Below, one piece after another: positions 21,131-31,482 of a DNA stretch of 32,000 bases; positions within the stretch are counted from its first letter, which is position 1, and every line of letters begins with the position of its first letter. The position numbers and the translations under genes are program-made. Under the pieces are notes generated by a model, which saw only the letters and a list, made by a program, of their open reading frames with translations, ran no database searches and was not told the origin of the DNA. The DNA is from Wolbachia endosymbiont of Onchocerca ochengi (GTDB lineage Bacteria; Pseudomonadota; Alphaproteobacteria; Rickettsiales; Anaplasmataceae): NCBI RefSeq assembly GCF_000306885.1, contig NC_018267.1:90001-122000 (forward strand). Direction: 5' to 3'.

Positions 21131-23536
21131 ATGCTGAGGTTTAGAGCTATTCAATCAAAGAATAAATCTATTCTAAACAGAGAAGTTCATACTGCTGAAT
21201 TTATACCTTACTCTTACTATTGGAATAGTACAACCTTAGTAACAAAACAGAATTGGTTAGTTAAGTTTATAAAACTAAATGGCTTTGCGTTTGAAACAGC
21301 CGATGATGAAGATCTGGTAATACAGAACAATATTAGGAATCAAATGCTGAGAAGCATTTCGTCTCCAGCATTCGGTCTATATTTTCATACTATCAGACGT
21401 AAGAAAAATATCTTCTCTGATGAATCTGTAAATCAAAAATTGCCAAATTTTTTTGCTAATTACGTAAATCTAAAATGGAGAGAAAAACACTCAACAAGGC
21501 AATCATTTATTAACGATCTATATATTACAGTTATTCGTAGAACGGATACAAAAGGAGTAGAATTTTTATCACACTTACTGAAAAAATTCGGACATGTAAC
21601 CTCAAAATATGCCTGGAAAAGCGACATGCGTGCTATTTATGAAGACTTAGAAGAAACAACAAATCGTGTAGTAACAAGCCTTAGAAATTACTCGCCTAAG
21701 GTTCTTGGAGTAAAAGAAACCCCAAACGGTTTATTTTGTGAAATAATGGAATTTCTATCTAGAATTGTAAATTGTGGCTTCATTACAAATACGCTTTTCC
21801 CTTTAAAAACCGAAATATCGAAATACTTACCAGTACATAGATTGTTTTTTGGCCATAAGACCATACAAGTTATAACTCACAACGAGAGCAAATATGCTGG
21901 AATAGTGAGTATCAAAGAATATGGTAATAATACCTCTGCAGGAATGCTTGATCACTTTTTACAACTTCCCTACGAGTTTATTATCACACAGTCTTTCCAA
22001 TTCACAAACAGACAAATAGCAATTGCAAAAATGCAGATACAACAAAATCGGATGATACAATCCGAAGATAAAGCTATTTCTCAAATAGCAGAAATCTCTC
22101 ATGCACTTGATGATGCAATGAGTGGTAAGATTGCGTTTGGCGAACATCACTTAACTATCTTATGTATAGAAAAAAACCCTAAATCATTAGACAATGCTTT
22201 GTCGCTGGTAGAATCAGAGCTTTCTAACTGTGGTGTTTATCCTATCCGTGAAAGAGTTAACCTTGAACCAGCATTTTGGGCACAAATTCCTGGTAATTTC
22301 AATTATATAGTTAGAAAAGGTACAATAAGCAGTCTTAACTTAGCTGGCTTTGTATCTCAACATAATTATCCTACTGGTAATAAATTCAATAATCACTGGG
22401 GAGATGCTGTTACAGTTTTTGACACAACATCCGGTACACCATTTTTCTTTAATTTTCATATAAGAGATGTTGGGCATACTATGATAATTGGTCCAACTGG
22501 CTCTGGTAAAACTGTTTTAATGAATTTCTTATGTGCTCAAGCAATGAAATTTTCTCCAAGAATATTCTTCTTCGATAAAGATCGTGGCGCAGAGATCTTC
22601 TTAAGAGCGCTTGGCGGTGTCTATACACTAATAGAACCAAGAACTAAGACAAATTTTAATCCTCTACAACTTGATGATACTACTGACAATAGAACATTTT
22701 TAATGGAGTGGATAAAATCTTTAATTTCAGTATACAATGATAAATTTACTTCAGAAGATATTACTCGAATTAATGATGCAATTGAAGGAAATTTTAAGTT
22801 GAGGAAAGAAGACAGATTCTTGAGAAATCTCGTACCATTTTTAGGCCTTGCAGGCCCTGGTACCTTAGCTGGGGCAATATCTATGTGGCACGGTAATGGT
22901 TCTCACGCTGCAATATTTGATAATAAAGAAGATTTACTAGATTTTTCAAAAGCAAGGGTATTTGGCTTCGAAATGACTAGCTTACTCAAAGATTCTGTTG
23001 CTCTTGGACCGGTTTTGATTTATTTGTTTCATAGGATTAGTATATCTCTTGATGGCACTCCATCTATTATTGTTCTTGATGAAGCGTGGGCATTAATAGA
23101 TAATCCAGTCTTTGCACCTAAGATAAAAGACTGGTTAAAAGTGCTAAGGAAATCAAATGCTTTTGTGATTTTTGCCACTCAAAGTGTTGAAGATGCAAGC
23201 AAAAGTACCATTAGTGATACACTTGTACAACAAACAGCAACACAAATTTTTTTACCAAACTTAAAAGCCACTAGTGTCTATCGAGATGTCTTTATGCTAA
23301 CTGAACGTGAATATATACTAATCAAGCATACAGATCCAAGTACTAGATTCTTTTTGGTGAAACAAGGAGCTAATGCTGTTGTAGCTAGAATAGACTTAAA
23401 AGACTTAGATGATATAGTCAATGTGTTATCCGGACGTGCAGAAAGTATTCTATTGTTACATGATATATTAAAAGAAGTCGGGAACGACCCGAAAAGATGG
23501 TTACCCATATTCTACCAGAGAGTAAAAAATGTTTAA
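21131..23536 (+). CDS. virB4: Type IV secretion system ATPase VirB4
   Basis: 801 aa; Walker A MIIGPTGSGKTVLMNFL, FFDKDRGAEIFLRALGG, Walker B SIIVLDEAWALIDNP, FATQSVEDASKS. Confidence 0.98.
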   Translation: MLRFRAIQSKNKSILNREVHTAEFIPYSYYWNSTTLVTKQNWLVKFIKLNGFAFETADDEDLVIQNNIRNQMLRSISSPAFGLYFHTIRRKKNIFSDESVNQKLPNFFANYVNLKWREKHSTRQSFINDLYITVIRRTDTKGVEFLSHLLKKFGHVTSKYAWKSDMRAIYEDLEETTNRVVTSLRNYSPKVLGVKETPNGLFCEIMEFLSRIVNCGFITNTLFPLKTEISKYLPVHRLFFGHKTIQVITHNESKYAGIVSIKEYGNNTSAGMLDHFLQLPYEFIITQSFQFTNRQIAIAKMQIQQNRMIQSEDKAISQIAEISHALDDAMSGKIAFGEHHLTILCIEKNPKSLDNALSLVESELSNCGVYPIRERVNLEPAFWAQIPGNFNYIVRKGTISSLNLAGFVSQHNYPTGNKFNNHWGDAVTVFDTTSGTPFFFNFHIRDVGHTMIIGPTGSGKTVLMNFLCAQAMKFSPRIFFFDKDRGAEIFLRALGGVYTLIEPRTKTNFNPLQLDDTTDNRTFLMEWIKSLISVYNDKFTSEDITRINDAIEGNFKLRKEDRFLRNLVPFLGLAGPGTLAGAISMWHGNGSHAAIFDNKEDLLDFSKARVFGFEMTSLLKDSVALGPVLIYLFHRISISLDGTPSIIVLDEAWALIDNPVFAPKIKDWLKVLRKSNAFVIFATQSVEDASKSTISDTLVQQTATQIFLPNLKATSVYRDVFMLTEREYILIKHTDPSTRFFLVKQGANAVVARIDLKDLDDIVNVLSGRAESILLLHDILKEVGNDPKRWLPIFYQRVKNV

Positions 23537-26078
23537 GACCAAGCTGTCACTGCTACTGATCTTGATATTTTTACTGAATGTAGATTTTTTACTCTCATAT
23601 CCAGCTTTTGGAGATATAGCAAGTGGCATTGATAGAACAGAATTTGTTAGCAGATTTAATTCTACTGGCAGTTTCAGTCGTGCCTCTAACCCTGATTGTG
23701 GAGCGTTTAAAACAGCCCCAGCACTTGCTGGGATAGCAATCGCTGTTGGTGCGATATTTACTGGCGTTGTCTTGACTGTCTCTTCTGCTGGATTATCTAC
23801 TAGTCTTGTTATTGTTGGAATGATAGCTGCAATCGTTGGAGTTTGGAAAGCAATAGGAGGACTCGTTGTCTGTGAGCATAGTTTTGTTAGACACCCAGTT
23901 GCACGTGATCATGATGGAAAGTATAAGGATTTTACATTAAGAGACACAAGTTATAGCACATTCATAAATAAAAATTTTCAAACAGAAGATGAATATCTTT
24001 CTGCATTAAAAGGAGAATCTGGAAAAAATGCAAAACAGATAGAAAAAGAAATTTTAGACTTTGCTAACTGGGATATTGTTAATATTGATAGAGAACATTA
24101 TTACTGGCCAAAAAATGGTGTGCAGTATAGTGAATATATAGAAGTATGTTATCGCAATCCTTTAACATTCGGTAATCTTTTTAAGAAGAATGACTTTGAT
24201 TTCAGAGAGAAGGCCGGATACATAGATTTTGATGTTAGGGAAAAAGACACTGGATACGTAAATGGGTCGTGGTCACCAAAAGTTGATGGAGGACTAAAAT
24301 GTAAAGTTCTCAAAGCTGGACAGAGCAAAACCATATATGGATCAACGTTCAAAGCAGTAAGAAAAACAGGTAGGCTATGTGTAGAGTTAGCTGAGGTTAA
24401 CACACTTGGTATTAGAATAATCCCCTGGCCGCAAGGAGTTGATATAGGGTGCACGGAATTACCACCTGACCTAATTGCTCCTATGTGTGAGAAGTCCAAG
24501 ATAAAATTTAGTATTGGCAATCCAATCCCTATTGGTTCCGATGAAGATTATAAAACTATTATAAGGAACAACGAAAAAGAGGGAAAAATCTTTATAGGTT
24601 ACGATAACAAAGGTTGTTTTCAAGACTACGTTTCACAAGCTTGTTACAATCAGACGGGAAGTAAATCATTAGCTCCTATTCCTATAACTTCCATGGTAGT
24701 ACAATGTATTAAGGAATCGTTAGATAACTTAGTTACAGGTAAAGGTATGCCAAATGGTGAGAACTTTATATCTTTGGCACAAAAAAGGCTAAAAAATACT
24801 GTAACTGCTGTTTTAGTTTTAGCTTTAATGCTGTTCTCTATAAAAGCCATATCCGGTGGAGTACGCAGTTCACAAGAAATATACATGTTGATTATTAAAT
24901 TTGCTTTAGTGATCTACTTTACAACAGGTAGCACTATGTCTCATTATTATAAGGAGTTAACAAGGCTTTCAGATGGTTTGTCTGAGATAGTCTTAAAGGC
25001 ATCATCTGAAAGTAAAAATATATGTAATTATAAAGCAGAAAAGTATGGAGAAGACATCTATCTTGCGTCCTGGGATAGACTTGATTGTAGAATTTTATTT
25101 TACTTAGGAGCACCTTTAGATGGAATTGCTGGGAAAATTGGTACTAGTGGTGCAGGAATATTGGCTATTTTACTTGGTTCTGCTCCTGTTTTATTAGTAG
25201 CAGGCTCAATAATCGGCATCATTTTTGCTGGCGGACAGATTTTAACAGCTCTTATCTGTATATTTATGGCCGTTATGATGATGATGGTTATTTTATGGAT
25301 GTGCTATATATTTATTTTATCCCTTATTGCCTTAAGTGTAATCATCACTTTATCACCCTTGTTCATTCCTATGGTTCTATTCCAACACACTAAAGGATAC
25401 TTTGATGGTTGGTTAAAGGAATTGATTACCTATAGCTTATACCCAGTTATGCTTTTCGCGTTTTTGTCCTTTATGTTCATAGTATGCGATAAAATCTATT
25501 TTAAAAATTTACATTTTGAAAGAGAAGAAATCACAGTGCTAAGCAATAAAAAACAGTGGTTTAAGTTAAAAGATGGAGAATGCAGTAAAAAAAACGAAAC
25601 CACTCTTGCATGCATGATGCAAAACTACAGCTTTAAGAAGAGTAACATACTTGGTTTATTCGATTTTACATATATGGAGTTTAGCAGTTCTCTAATCGGA
25701 GAATTGTTTAAATTAGCTCTAATATTATTCCTATTTTATCACTTTTTAAATATTCTTCCTAATATGGCTGCAGAGCTCGCCGGCAATCCAAGGTCAGCAC
25801 TTGGCTCTGGTACTACACCTGGAAAAATGATATCAAAAGCCTTCTCTGTAACTAAAGCTATTGTTGGAGCTATTAGCAAAGCTCAATCTGGAGGTACTGC
25901 TGAAGCTGCCAAGAAAGCTAAAAAAAGTATGGAGAGTATAAGGTTTTGTTCTGATGAACAAAACAGTAGTAGATCTACTCTCGCAAATACTGGTACTAGT
26001 ACTACCAAAAATGTTGAAAAAGATATCATTGACACTGTAAAAGATGCCGCTCCTAGCGGCAGTGGTCAAAGTGAGTAA
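23529..26078 (+). CDS. virB6: VirB6-family T4SS channel protein, paralog 1
   Basis: 849 aa; signal peptide, large N-terminal extracytoplasmic region, VirB6/TrbL-like polytopic core (MMMVILWMCYIFILSLIALSVIITLSPLFIPMVLFQHTKGYFDGWLKELITYSLYPVMLF). Overlaps virB4 by 8 nt. Confidence 0.93.
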   Translation: MFKTKLSLLLILIFLLNVDFLLSYPAFGDIASGIDRTEFVSRFNSTGSFSRASNPDCGAFKTAPALAGIAIAVGAIFTGVVLTVSSAGLSTSLVIVGMIAAIVGVWKAIGGLVVCEHSFVRHPVARDHDGKYKDFTLRDTSYSTFINKNFQTEDEYLSALKGESGKNAKQIEKEILDFANWDIVNIDREHYYWPKNGVQYSEYIEVCYRNPLTFGNLFKKNDFDFREKAGYIDFDVREKDTGYVNGSWSPKVDGGLKCKVLKAGQSKTIYGSTFKAVRKTGRLCVELAEVNTLGIRIIPWPQGVDIGCTELPPDLIAPMCEKSKIKFSIGNPIPIGSDEDYKTIIRNNEKEGKIFIGYDNKGCFQDYVSQACYNQTGSKSLAPIPITSMVVQCIKESLDNLVTGKGMPNGENFISLAQKRLKNTVTAVLVLALMLFSIKAISGGVRSSQEIYMLIIKFALVIYFTTGSTMSHYYKELTRLSDGLSEIVLKASSESKNICNYKAEKYGEDIYLASWDRLDCRILFYLGAPLDGIAGKIGTSGAGILAILLGSAPVLLVAGSIIGIIFAGGQILTALICIFMAVMMMMVILWMCYIFILSLIALSVIITLSPLFIPMVLFQHTKGYFDGWLKELITYSLYPVMLFAFLSFMFIVCDKIYFKNLHFEREEITVLSNKKQWFKLKDGECSKKNETTLACMMQNYSFKKSNILGLFDFTYMEFSSSLIGELFKLALILFLFYHFLNILPNMAAELAGNPRSALGSGTTPGKMISKAFSVTKAIVGAISKAQSGGTAEAAKKAKKSMESIRFCSDEQNSSRSTLANTGTSTTKNVEKDIIDTVKDAAPSGSGQSE

Positions 26079-26116
26079 TGGATAAACGTTTAAGTGATCA
26101 AAGCTTAGGACGGGCT

Positions 26117-28516
26117 ATGCGTAAGTTTTTACTAATAGTAATATTCTTTTTGCTGTCTGGTTGCGAGGATCATTGTATTAAGCCAGAGAATTTATTAAAC
26201 TTACGCGAAAAATTGGATGTAGTGTCAACACAACAAAAGTGGGTTGACTCTAACGTTCACATTTCAAGTAAGATAAAAATAACAGAAATTAGCATAGTCC
26301 CTAATAAAATCAGTTTTTGCCCGCAGTATGAAGATTTTGCAATAAGACCTGGAGTAAAAGAGGTTACGTTATCAAAATTTGCACTTAAAGCCGGAGATTC
26401 AATAAACTTTAGTGTTATTGGAAGTAAAGTATGTAAAGACAAGGAAAATAAGACAATTAGATATGTAAGTATTGATAAAAAATGCAGCAACAAAGAAAAG
26501 GAGTATTTTGCACGCATTTTAAACCAAGATGAATGTCAAATATGGGAGGATGAAGAAGGTCAGTACACAATATGCCCCAACAAATACATAATAGGCAACA
26601 AGATAGAATGGTTAGATGGAAAAGAGTACTGGGATCCAACTTTTTCAAAAGTAGATCAAGATGAGAGGAAAGAAAAAATTAAAAGCATTATTAACTCTAT
26701 AAAAGGAGAAAATATAAACTGTAGTAGTCTTTCAGATAGACAAATAAGCAAAGTAGATACGCACATTTTAAATTTACTCTGTGGACGCATATGTAAATTT
26801 CCTTCTGGCAACAGGAACACAGATTGTGCATATATTGAATTCAATAGTATAGAAGGTGAGATATCTCAGTCTTATATTGAAGTGATTAGTAATTTTCTAA
26901 AAGAAAAACAAGTAAAAACTGACATTACACTTCTAAAAGTTCACATGGATGGTGAAAATTTTGAACATATTCCAAGTGGTGGTTTATGTACTAATTGTGA
27001 TTATAAAATTAATAAGGACCATCAAACACCGAGTTTAACTTTCAGTTTATGTAGTAGAAACAATGAGAGCTGCTACGATAGAAATGACAAAGGTGGTTTT
27101 AACATAAGAGTAACAAAAGTTGCTAATCTAAAAAAGAGTTTATATATAAGAGTTTCTGATGAGTTTCCTAATAATAATCCCGGTGAAAATCAGGAAGATA
27201 TATCTGTAGATATTAGCAAAGTTCATGATACTCAAGAAATGGAAAAATTGAAGAAAAAGTTAAAAGGCAAAAATGGTACCATATACTACGGAATAAAAGA
27301 TCATGGTTGCAATTACGAGAAAAATGAAGGTCAGCTCAGCATCAAGCTAACAACTAAAGAGCCCCCTACAAGAACTTTTAGTGCAATATATAATTTTTTT
27401 GATGAGAAGATAAAAACCGCATTTTTCGGCCCCAGCTACAATGACTCTGATATAATCTACTCTGATACTAGTCCTATAAAGGTTCTTTACGATAGTTTTA
27501 CAAAATCAAGCAAAACAAATACTATTAGGTCTACAATAATATCAGTGCTAATATTATATATAGTCCTGTATACTCTTTATTACCTTCTTGGCTTAACTCA
27601 TGTTTCTATATATGAGTTTTTAATTGCATGTGTAAAGATAGGAATTATCACCCAGCTATTGCGAGATAATAGCTGGAATTTTTTCTATAATAACGCGTTC
27701 TCTATTTTTATTAACACTCCAAAACAGTTAATAGAAGTAGCAAATTTCAGAGGTACAATATCAAATGTTTTTGAGTTTCTCGATTTATCACTGAATAGAT
27801 TTCTTTTACCAAATTCCATACTATTAATAGTATCCCTTATATTTTCTGGCCCTTTAGGCATTATAGCTTTTTGCTTGTTGATTTGGGGTTTAATAAAAGT
27901 AGCATTGTCTATTTTTAATGCCTTATTTTCTTTTGTTACATCTATGGCAACAGTTGCATTATTACTTTCTTTAGCACCTATCTTTATTATTTGTCTTTTG
28001 TTTACGTACACTAGACAGATGTTCCACAATTGGATCAAAAATTTAGCGAGATTTACAATCCACCCAGCAGTACTTTTAATTTTTATATCGTTGATGAGTC
28101 AAGCTATGGATCACATCATATATTCAATGTTTGATTTTGAAGCTTGTTCTATATGCATACTCAATATCAATCTAAGAATCTTTAACCCTTGTATTTTCTA
28201 CGGGTACGTCTCTAAGCATACACCTAATATTGCTGCTATGATAACTTTTGTTATTTTGGGTTATGCAATGGAAGCTTTGATTGAAGCTTCTTCAAAAATA
28301 TCTGACTCATTGTTTGGTGTTTATATAATGAATGAACCTGGAAAACAATATCAACAAAGCTTAATAGAAATAGTCGGATTAGGTAAAGAAAGTGCTCAAA
28401 TACGAGCAGGAAGTGCTGCTCAACAGTTAAGTGCACCAATCAAAAGACCTGAAATACCGCAAGGAACTCGAAACTCAATACCTCAGACACCACAGTCTCC
28501 AGGGAAACCATCATAA
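26117..28516 (+). CDS. virB6: VirB6-family T4SS protein, paralog 2; predicted lipoprotein
   Basis: Track ORF starts at 26078; internal ATG at 26117 gives MRKFLLIVIFFLLSGC, a clean lipoprotein signal with lipobox LSGC. C-terminal VirB6 core (PLGIIAFCLLIWGL...LAPIFIICLLFTYTRQMFHNWIKNLARFTIHPAVLLIF). Confidence 0.9.
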   Translation: MRKFLLIVIFFLLSGCEDHCIKPENLLNLREKLDVVSTQQKWVDSNVHISSKIKITEISIVPNKISFCPQYEDFAIRPGVKEVTLSKFALKAGDSINFSVIGSKVCKDKENKTIRYVSIDKKCSNKEKEYFARILNQDECQIWEDEEGQYTICPNKYIIGNKIEWLDGKEYWDPTFSKVDQDERKEKIKSIINSIKGENINCSSLSDRQISKVDTHILNLLCGRICKFPSGNRNTDCAYIEFNSIEGEISQSYIEVISNFLKEKQVKTDITLLKVHMDGENFEHIPSGGLCTNCDYKINKDHQTPSLTFSLCSRNNESCYDRNDKGGFNIRVTKVANLKKSLYIRVSDEFPNNNPGENQEDISVDISKVHDTQEMEKLKKKLKGKNGTIYYGIKDHGCNYEKNEGQLSIKLTTKEPPTRTFSAIYNFFDEKIKTAFFGPSYNDSDIIYSDTSPIKVLYDSFTKSSKTNTIRSTIISVLILYIVLYTLYYLLGLTHVSIYEFLIACVKIGIITQLLRDNSWNFFYNNAFSIFINTPKQLIEVANFRGTISNVFEFLDLSLNRFLLPNSILLIVSLIFSGPLGIIAFCLLIWGLIKVALSIFNALFSFVTSMATVALLLSLAPIFIICLLFTYTRQMFHNWIKNLARFTIHPAVLLIFISLMSQAMDHIIYSMFDFEACSICILNINLRIFNPCIFYGYVSKHTPNIAAMITFVILGYAMEALIEASSKISDSLFGVYIMNEPGKQYQQSLIEIVGLGKESAQIRAGSAAQQLSAPIKRPEIPQGTRNSIPQTPQSPGKPS

Positions 28517-31482
28517 TGAGTAAAAGATCACTATTATTGGCAGTTTATTTTGCAATCACTGGCTGTACTATAGATTGCGTTGAGCCTGGATTACAGAGTA
28601 GAAATACTAGTGTTAATGTGGACGTTCCAGTTCATAAATCTAACAAAGGAGTTAAGATTCATTGGGTTGATTCTGGTCAAACAATTACTCAAGGCGAAAA
28701 AATCAAATTTACTCTTAGCGGATCAGTAAATTTTTGTCCTCTTAAAGAAGGTAAAAACCAAAAAAAAGTACTTGTACCTGCTGCATTTTGTGCTGACGAT
28801 TCAATACCGAATTATAGTAGTGAATCAATTAATAATTCTGGCCTCGATGAACAAGAAGTATGTAAAAACGTAGGGTTTGGGAATAGTCAATTTTATAGCA
28901 AGAGGCGTTACGTTGATACTGGGATTAAAGTAAATCCCGGTGATAAGTTAAGCTTCAGCTTAGTTCCCAAAAAGATAACAATTAATTACATCAACAACCT
29001 AGAAGGAAAAGATATCAGTTTTGATGACAATTGCCACAAGACTCGAGAGGGAGATAAAAAAGCTATGATACAAGATCTCCTTAATGGAGGAACGTTCTTT
29101 TGTGGAAACGATGACAATAGGACTGAGATAAAATTTCCGCAGCTTAGCAAAGAAAGCTTTAAAAAAAGAACAGTGCTAGTCGGTAACGGTTACACTCCAT
29201 ACGATAACAAAGTACATTTTAATAGAGGCTATATCCAAGATGAAAGCCCATGGATAAATGGTGCATTGTTAGATTTAAGACGTGCTAAAATAGGACTGGA
29301 CAAATTATGTAACGGGAAAGACTGTAACTTTAACAAAGTGAAAAACTACAGCTTTACTCAAATAGGGTTGAATCAACCGTGCACAGGGGAAAATTGTGAT
29401 ATTAATAAAATAAAAAAATACAACTCTTATAATCTCAACTGTTACTATCAGAATATCTGCTATACTAAAGAAGGCATATTCAATTCTGATTTATACAAAA
29501 AAGGACATAAAAACTGTGTTTCCTCTATAAGATATCAAAAATATCACAAAAATAATCAATGTGATATATACTCTCATCTCAAAAGTGTCAAAGATAAGCT
29601 TAAGGAGGTTAAAAACAGGGAAAATTCTAAGCAGGTCGACATTATTGATTTTACACTAGATACTAAAGATATTTCCTGGGCTGAAGCTCTTGTTGTGAAA
29701 ATAAATAACGCAGGTGATGTAAGTGCTCCTGAAAGCAAGCGTGATGATATGAAAGATACTGCTCAAGGTACTCAGTGTCTTCCAGAAAAAAAAGGAGCAA
29801 AAGGAGATAACGTATGTTCACAAATTAGTAATAATTTCGAGAATTTTTCTCTGAAATTAAATAATGACTATCTAGTAAATGATAATGTAGAACCTGGTAG
29901 TAATGTGATGCTCGCTATTGCAGATTATGGTCATTATTACCTTAATAGAGGAGGGTACCACGTTAAAACAACTAGGTCGTGTGAATATGCTGACGGTAAA
30001 AAACTGTATATTTATCTAGGTGATAACTTGCCAGAAAATATACCCACTACAAATAATGATAGCTTTAAGGAGGTGATAGGATTAACTTCAATAGAGGATA
30101 ATATAAAATATTATGAAATAGATGGAAGTCACTTAAAAAATGACAAACCTAAAAAAATCTATTTTGGCATTGATGTAAGCAATGTAGAGAGAAGTGATAT
30201 TATAGATAAAAATGGTAAATATTACGAAAATAACAAATACAGCGTGACCTTGTTTATCAAAAGAAAGATTAACGATTTTATTTCATCAAGTGTAAATAAA
30301 GTACTTAATTTTATAAAAAGAGAAGTGATTGGGGACAGTATTAAAGATTTATACAAAGGGTATGCAAAAGGTCTTTCTCAAGGAGTAAGAGTCTTACTTA
30401 TTCTATATGTCATATTTACTGTTGTTGGTTATGTACTTGGAACAACACAGTTAAGTAAATTTGACTTCATTATAAGAATAATGAAGATAGCATTTATATC
30501 TTTTGCCTTTAGTGATAAGAGCTGGGAACTTTTTGGCACAACTTTATCCAAGTTTTTTGTGGACGGTAGCACTTATTTAGTTGACAGTTTTTCTGGCCAC
30601 ATAGGGGAAAGTGGTAAAAATTTTGCATTTTTAGATTTGACAACAGGAGTATTATTCACAAGGGAAACTTGGTTGAAGTTTTTATCGCTAATGCTTGCTG
30701 GTCCTTTTGGCTTCATTGCTTTTTTGATAATACTCTATGCTAGTTTTGTGTCCTTAAAATGCATTATTAGTACTACATTTAGATATGTAATATCTACTTC
30801 TCTAGTAGCGTTTTTGATATCATTAACACCTTTATTTATCGTATTTATTTTATTTCAACAGACTAAATCTCTATTTGAGAACTGGATAAAAACGTTGGCC
30901 CATGTTGCAATACAGCCAGTCATTTTATTTTCATTTTTATCTATTCTGAATCAACTCCTATATTCAGTTTTATATAACCTCACAAACTTTTCTGCGTGCT
31001 ATCAATGTTTAATTAGCATAAATTTCTTGTCATACGATCTTTGCATAATGAAATCGATACTACCTCTTGGATATAGTCCCAGTACTAGCATTGATGTTGC
31101 ACTTGGTACCGGAGAAAGAATAGGTGGATACTTTGCAGCATTACCTATAGACCTAATCCAAGTGTTTATATATCTTATTATTGCTAGTGCAATGGAAGTT
31201 TTTGTCTCTGCATCAGAAACTATAGCACAAGCAATATTTGGTGCTGGTTGGGGAATTATGGGAAGCATTAGCACGGTTACTAGTAGCGCATCACAATCTA
31301 TACTGTCAATTGTTGGACTTGATGACAAGACTCAGAACATAATACAGGAAATCAAACATAAAGTGGGTAAATATCGACCAGAAATTGAGTTTAAATCCAA
31401 GCAGTACGAATTGCAGCCTGCAGGCGAGAATAAACAATCAGATGCAACAAATGAAAAAGGAAAAAATGTACTAAAAAAATGA
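28516..31482 (+). CDS. virB6: VirB6-family T4SS protein, paralog 3; predicted lipoprotein
   Basis: 988 aa; MSKRSLLLAVYFAITGC lipobox; VirB6 core (GPFGFIAFLIILYASFVSLK...LTPLFIVFILFQQTKSLFENWIKTLAHVAIQPVILFSF). Starts in a TAATG stop/start overlap with paralog 2. Confidence 0.92.
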   Translation: MSKRSLLLAVYFAITGCTIDCVEPGLQSRNTSVNVDVPVHKSNKGVKIHWVDSGQTITQGEKIKFTLSGSVNFCPLKEGKNQKKVLVPAAFCADDSIPNYSSESINNSGLDEQEVCKNVGFGNSQFYSKRRYVDTGIKVNPGDKLSFSLVPKKITINYINNLEGKDISFDDNCHKTREGDKKAMIQDLLNGGTFFCGNDDNRTEIKFPQLSKESFKKRTVLVGNGYTPYDNKVHFNRGYIQDESPWINGALLDLRRAKIGLDKLCNGKDCNFNKVKNYSFTQIGLNQPCTGENCDINKIKKYNSYNLNCYYQNICYTKEGIFNSDLYKKGHKNCVSSIRYQKYHKNNQCDIYSHLKSVKDKLKEVKNRENSKQVDIIDFTLDTKDISWAEALVVKINNAGDVSAPESKRDDMKDTAQGTQCLPEKKGAKGDNVCSQISNNFENFSLKLNNDYLVNDNVEPGSNVMLAIADYGHYYLNRGGYHVKTTRSCEYADGKKLYIYLGDNLPENIPTTNNDSFKEVIGLTSIEDNIKYYEIDGSHLKNDKPKKIYFGIDVSNVERSDIIDKNGKYYENNKYSVTLFIKRKINDFISSSVNKVLNFIKREVIGDSIKDLYKGYAKGLSQGVRVLLILYVIFTVVGYVLGTTQLSKFDFIIRIMKIAFISFAFSDKSWELFGTTLSKFFVDGSTYLVDSFSGHIGESGKNFAFLDLTTGVLFTRETWLKFLSLMLAGPFGFIAFLIILYASFVSLKCIISTTFRYVISTSLVAFLISLTPLFIVFILFQQTKSLFENWIKTLAHVAIQPVILFSFLSILNQLLYSVLYNLTNFSACYQCLISINFLSYDLCIMKSILPLGYSPSTSIDVALGTGERIGGYFAALPIDLIQVFIYLIIASAMEVFVSASETIAQAIFGAGWGIMGSISTVTSSASQSILSIVGLDDKTQNIIQEIKHKVGKYRPEIEFKSKQYELQPAGENKQSDATNEKGKNVLKK

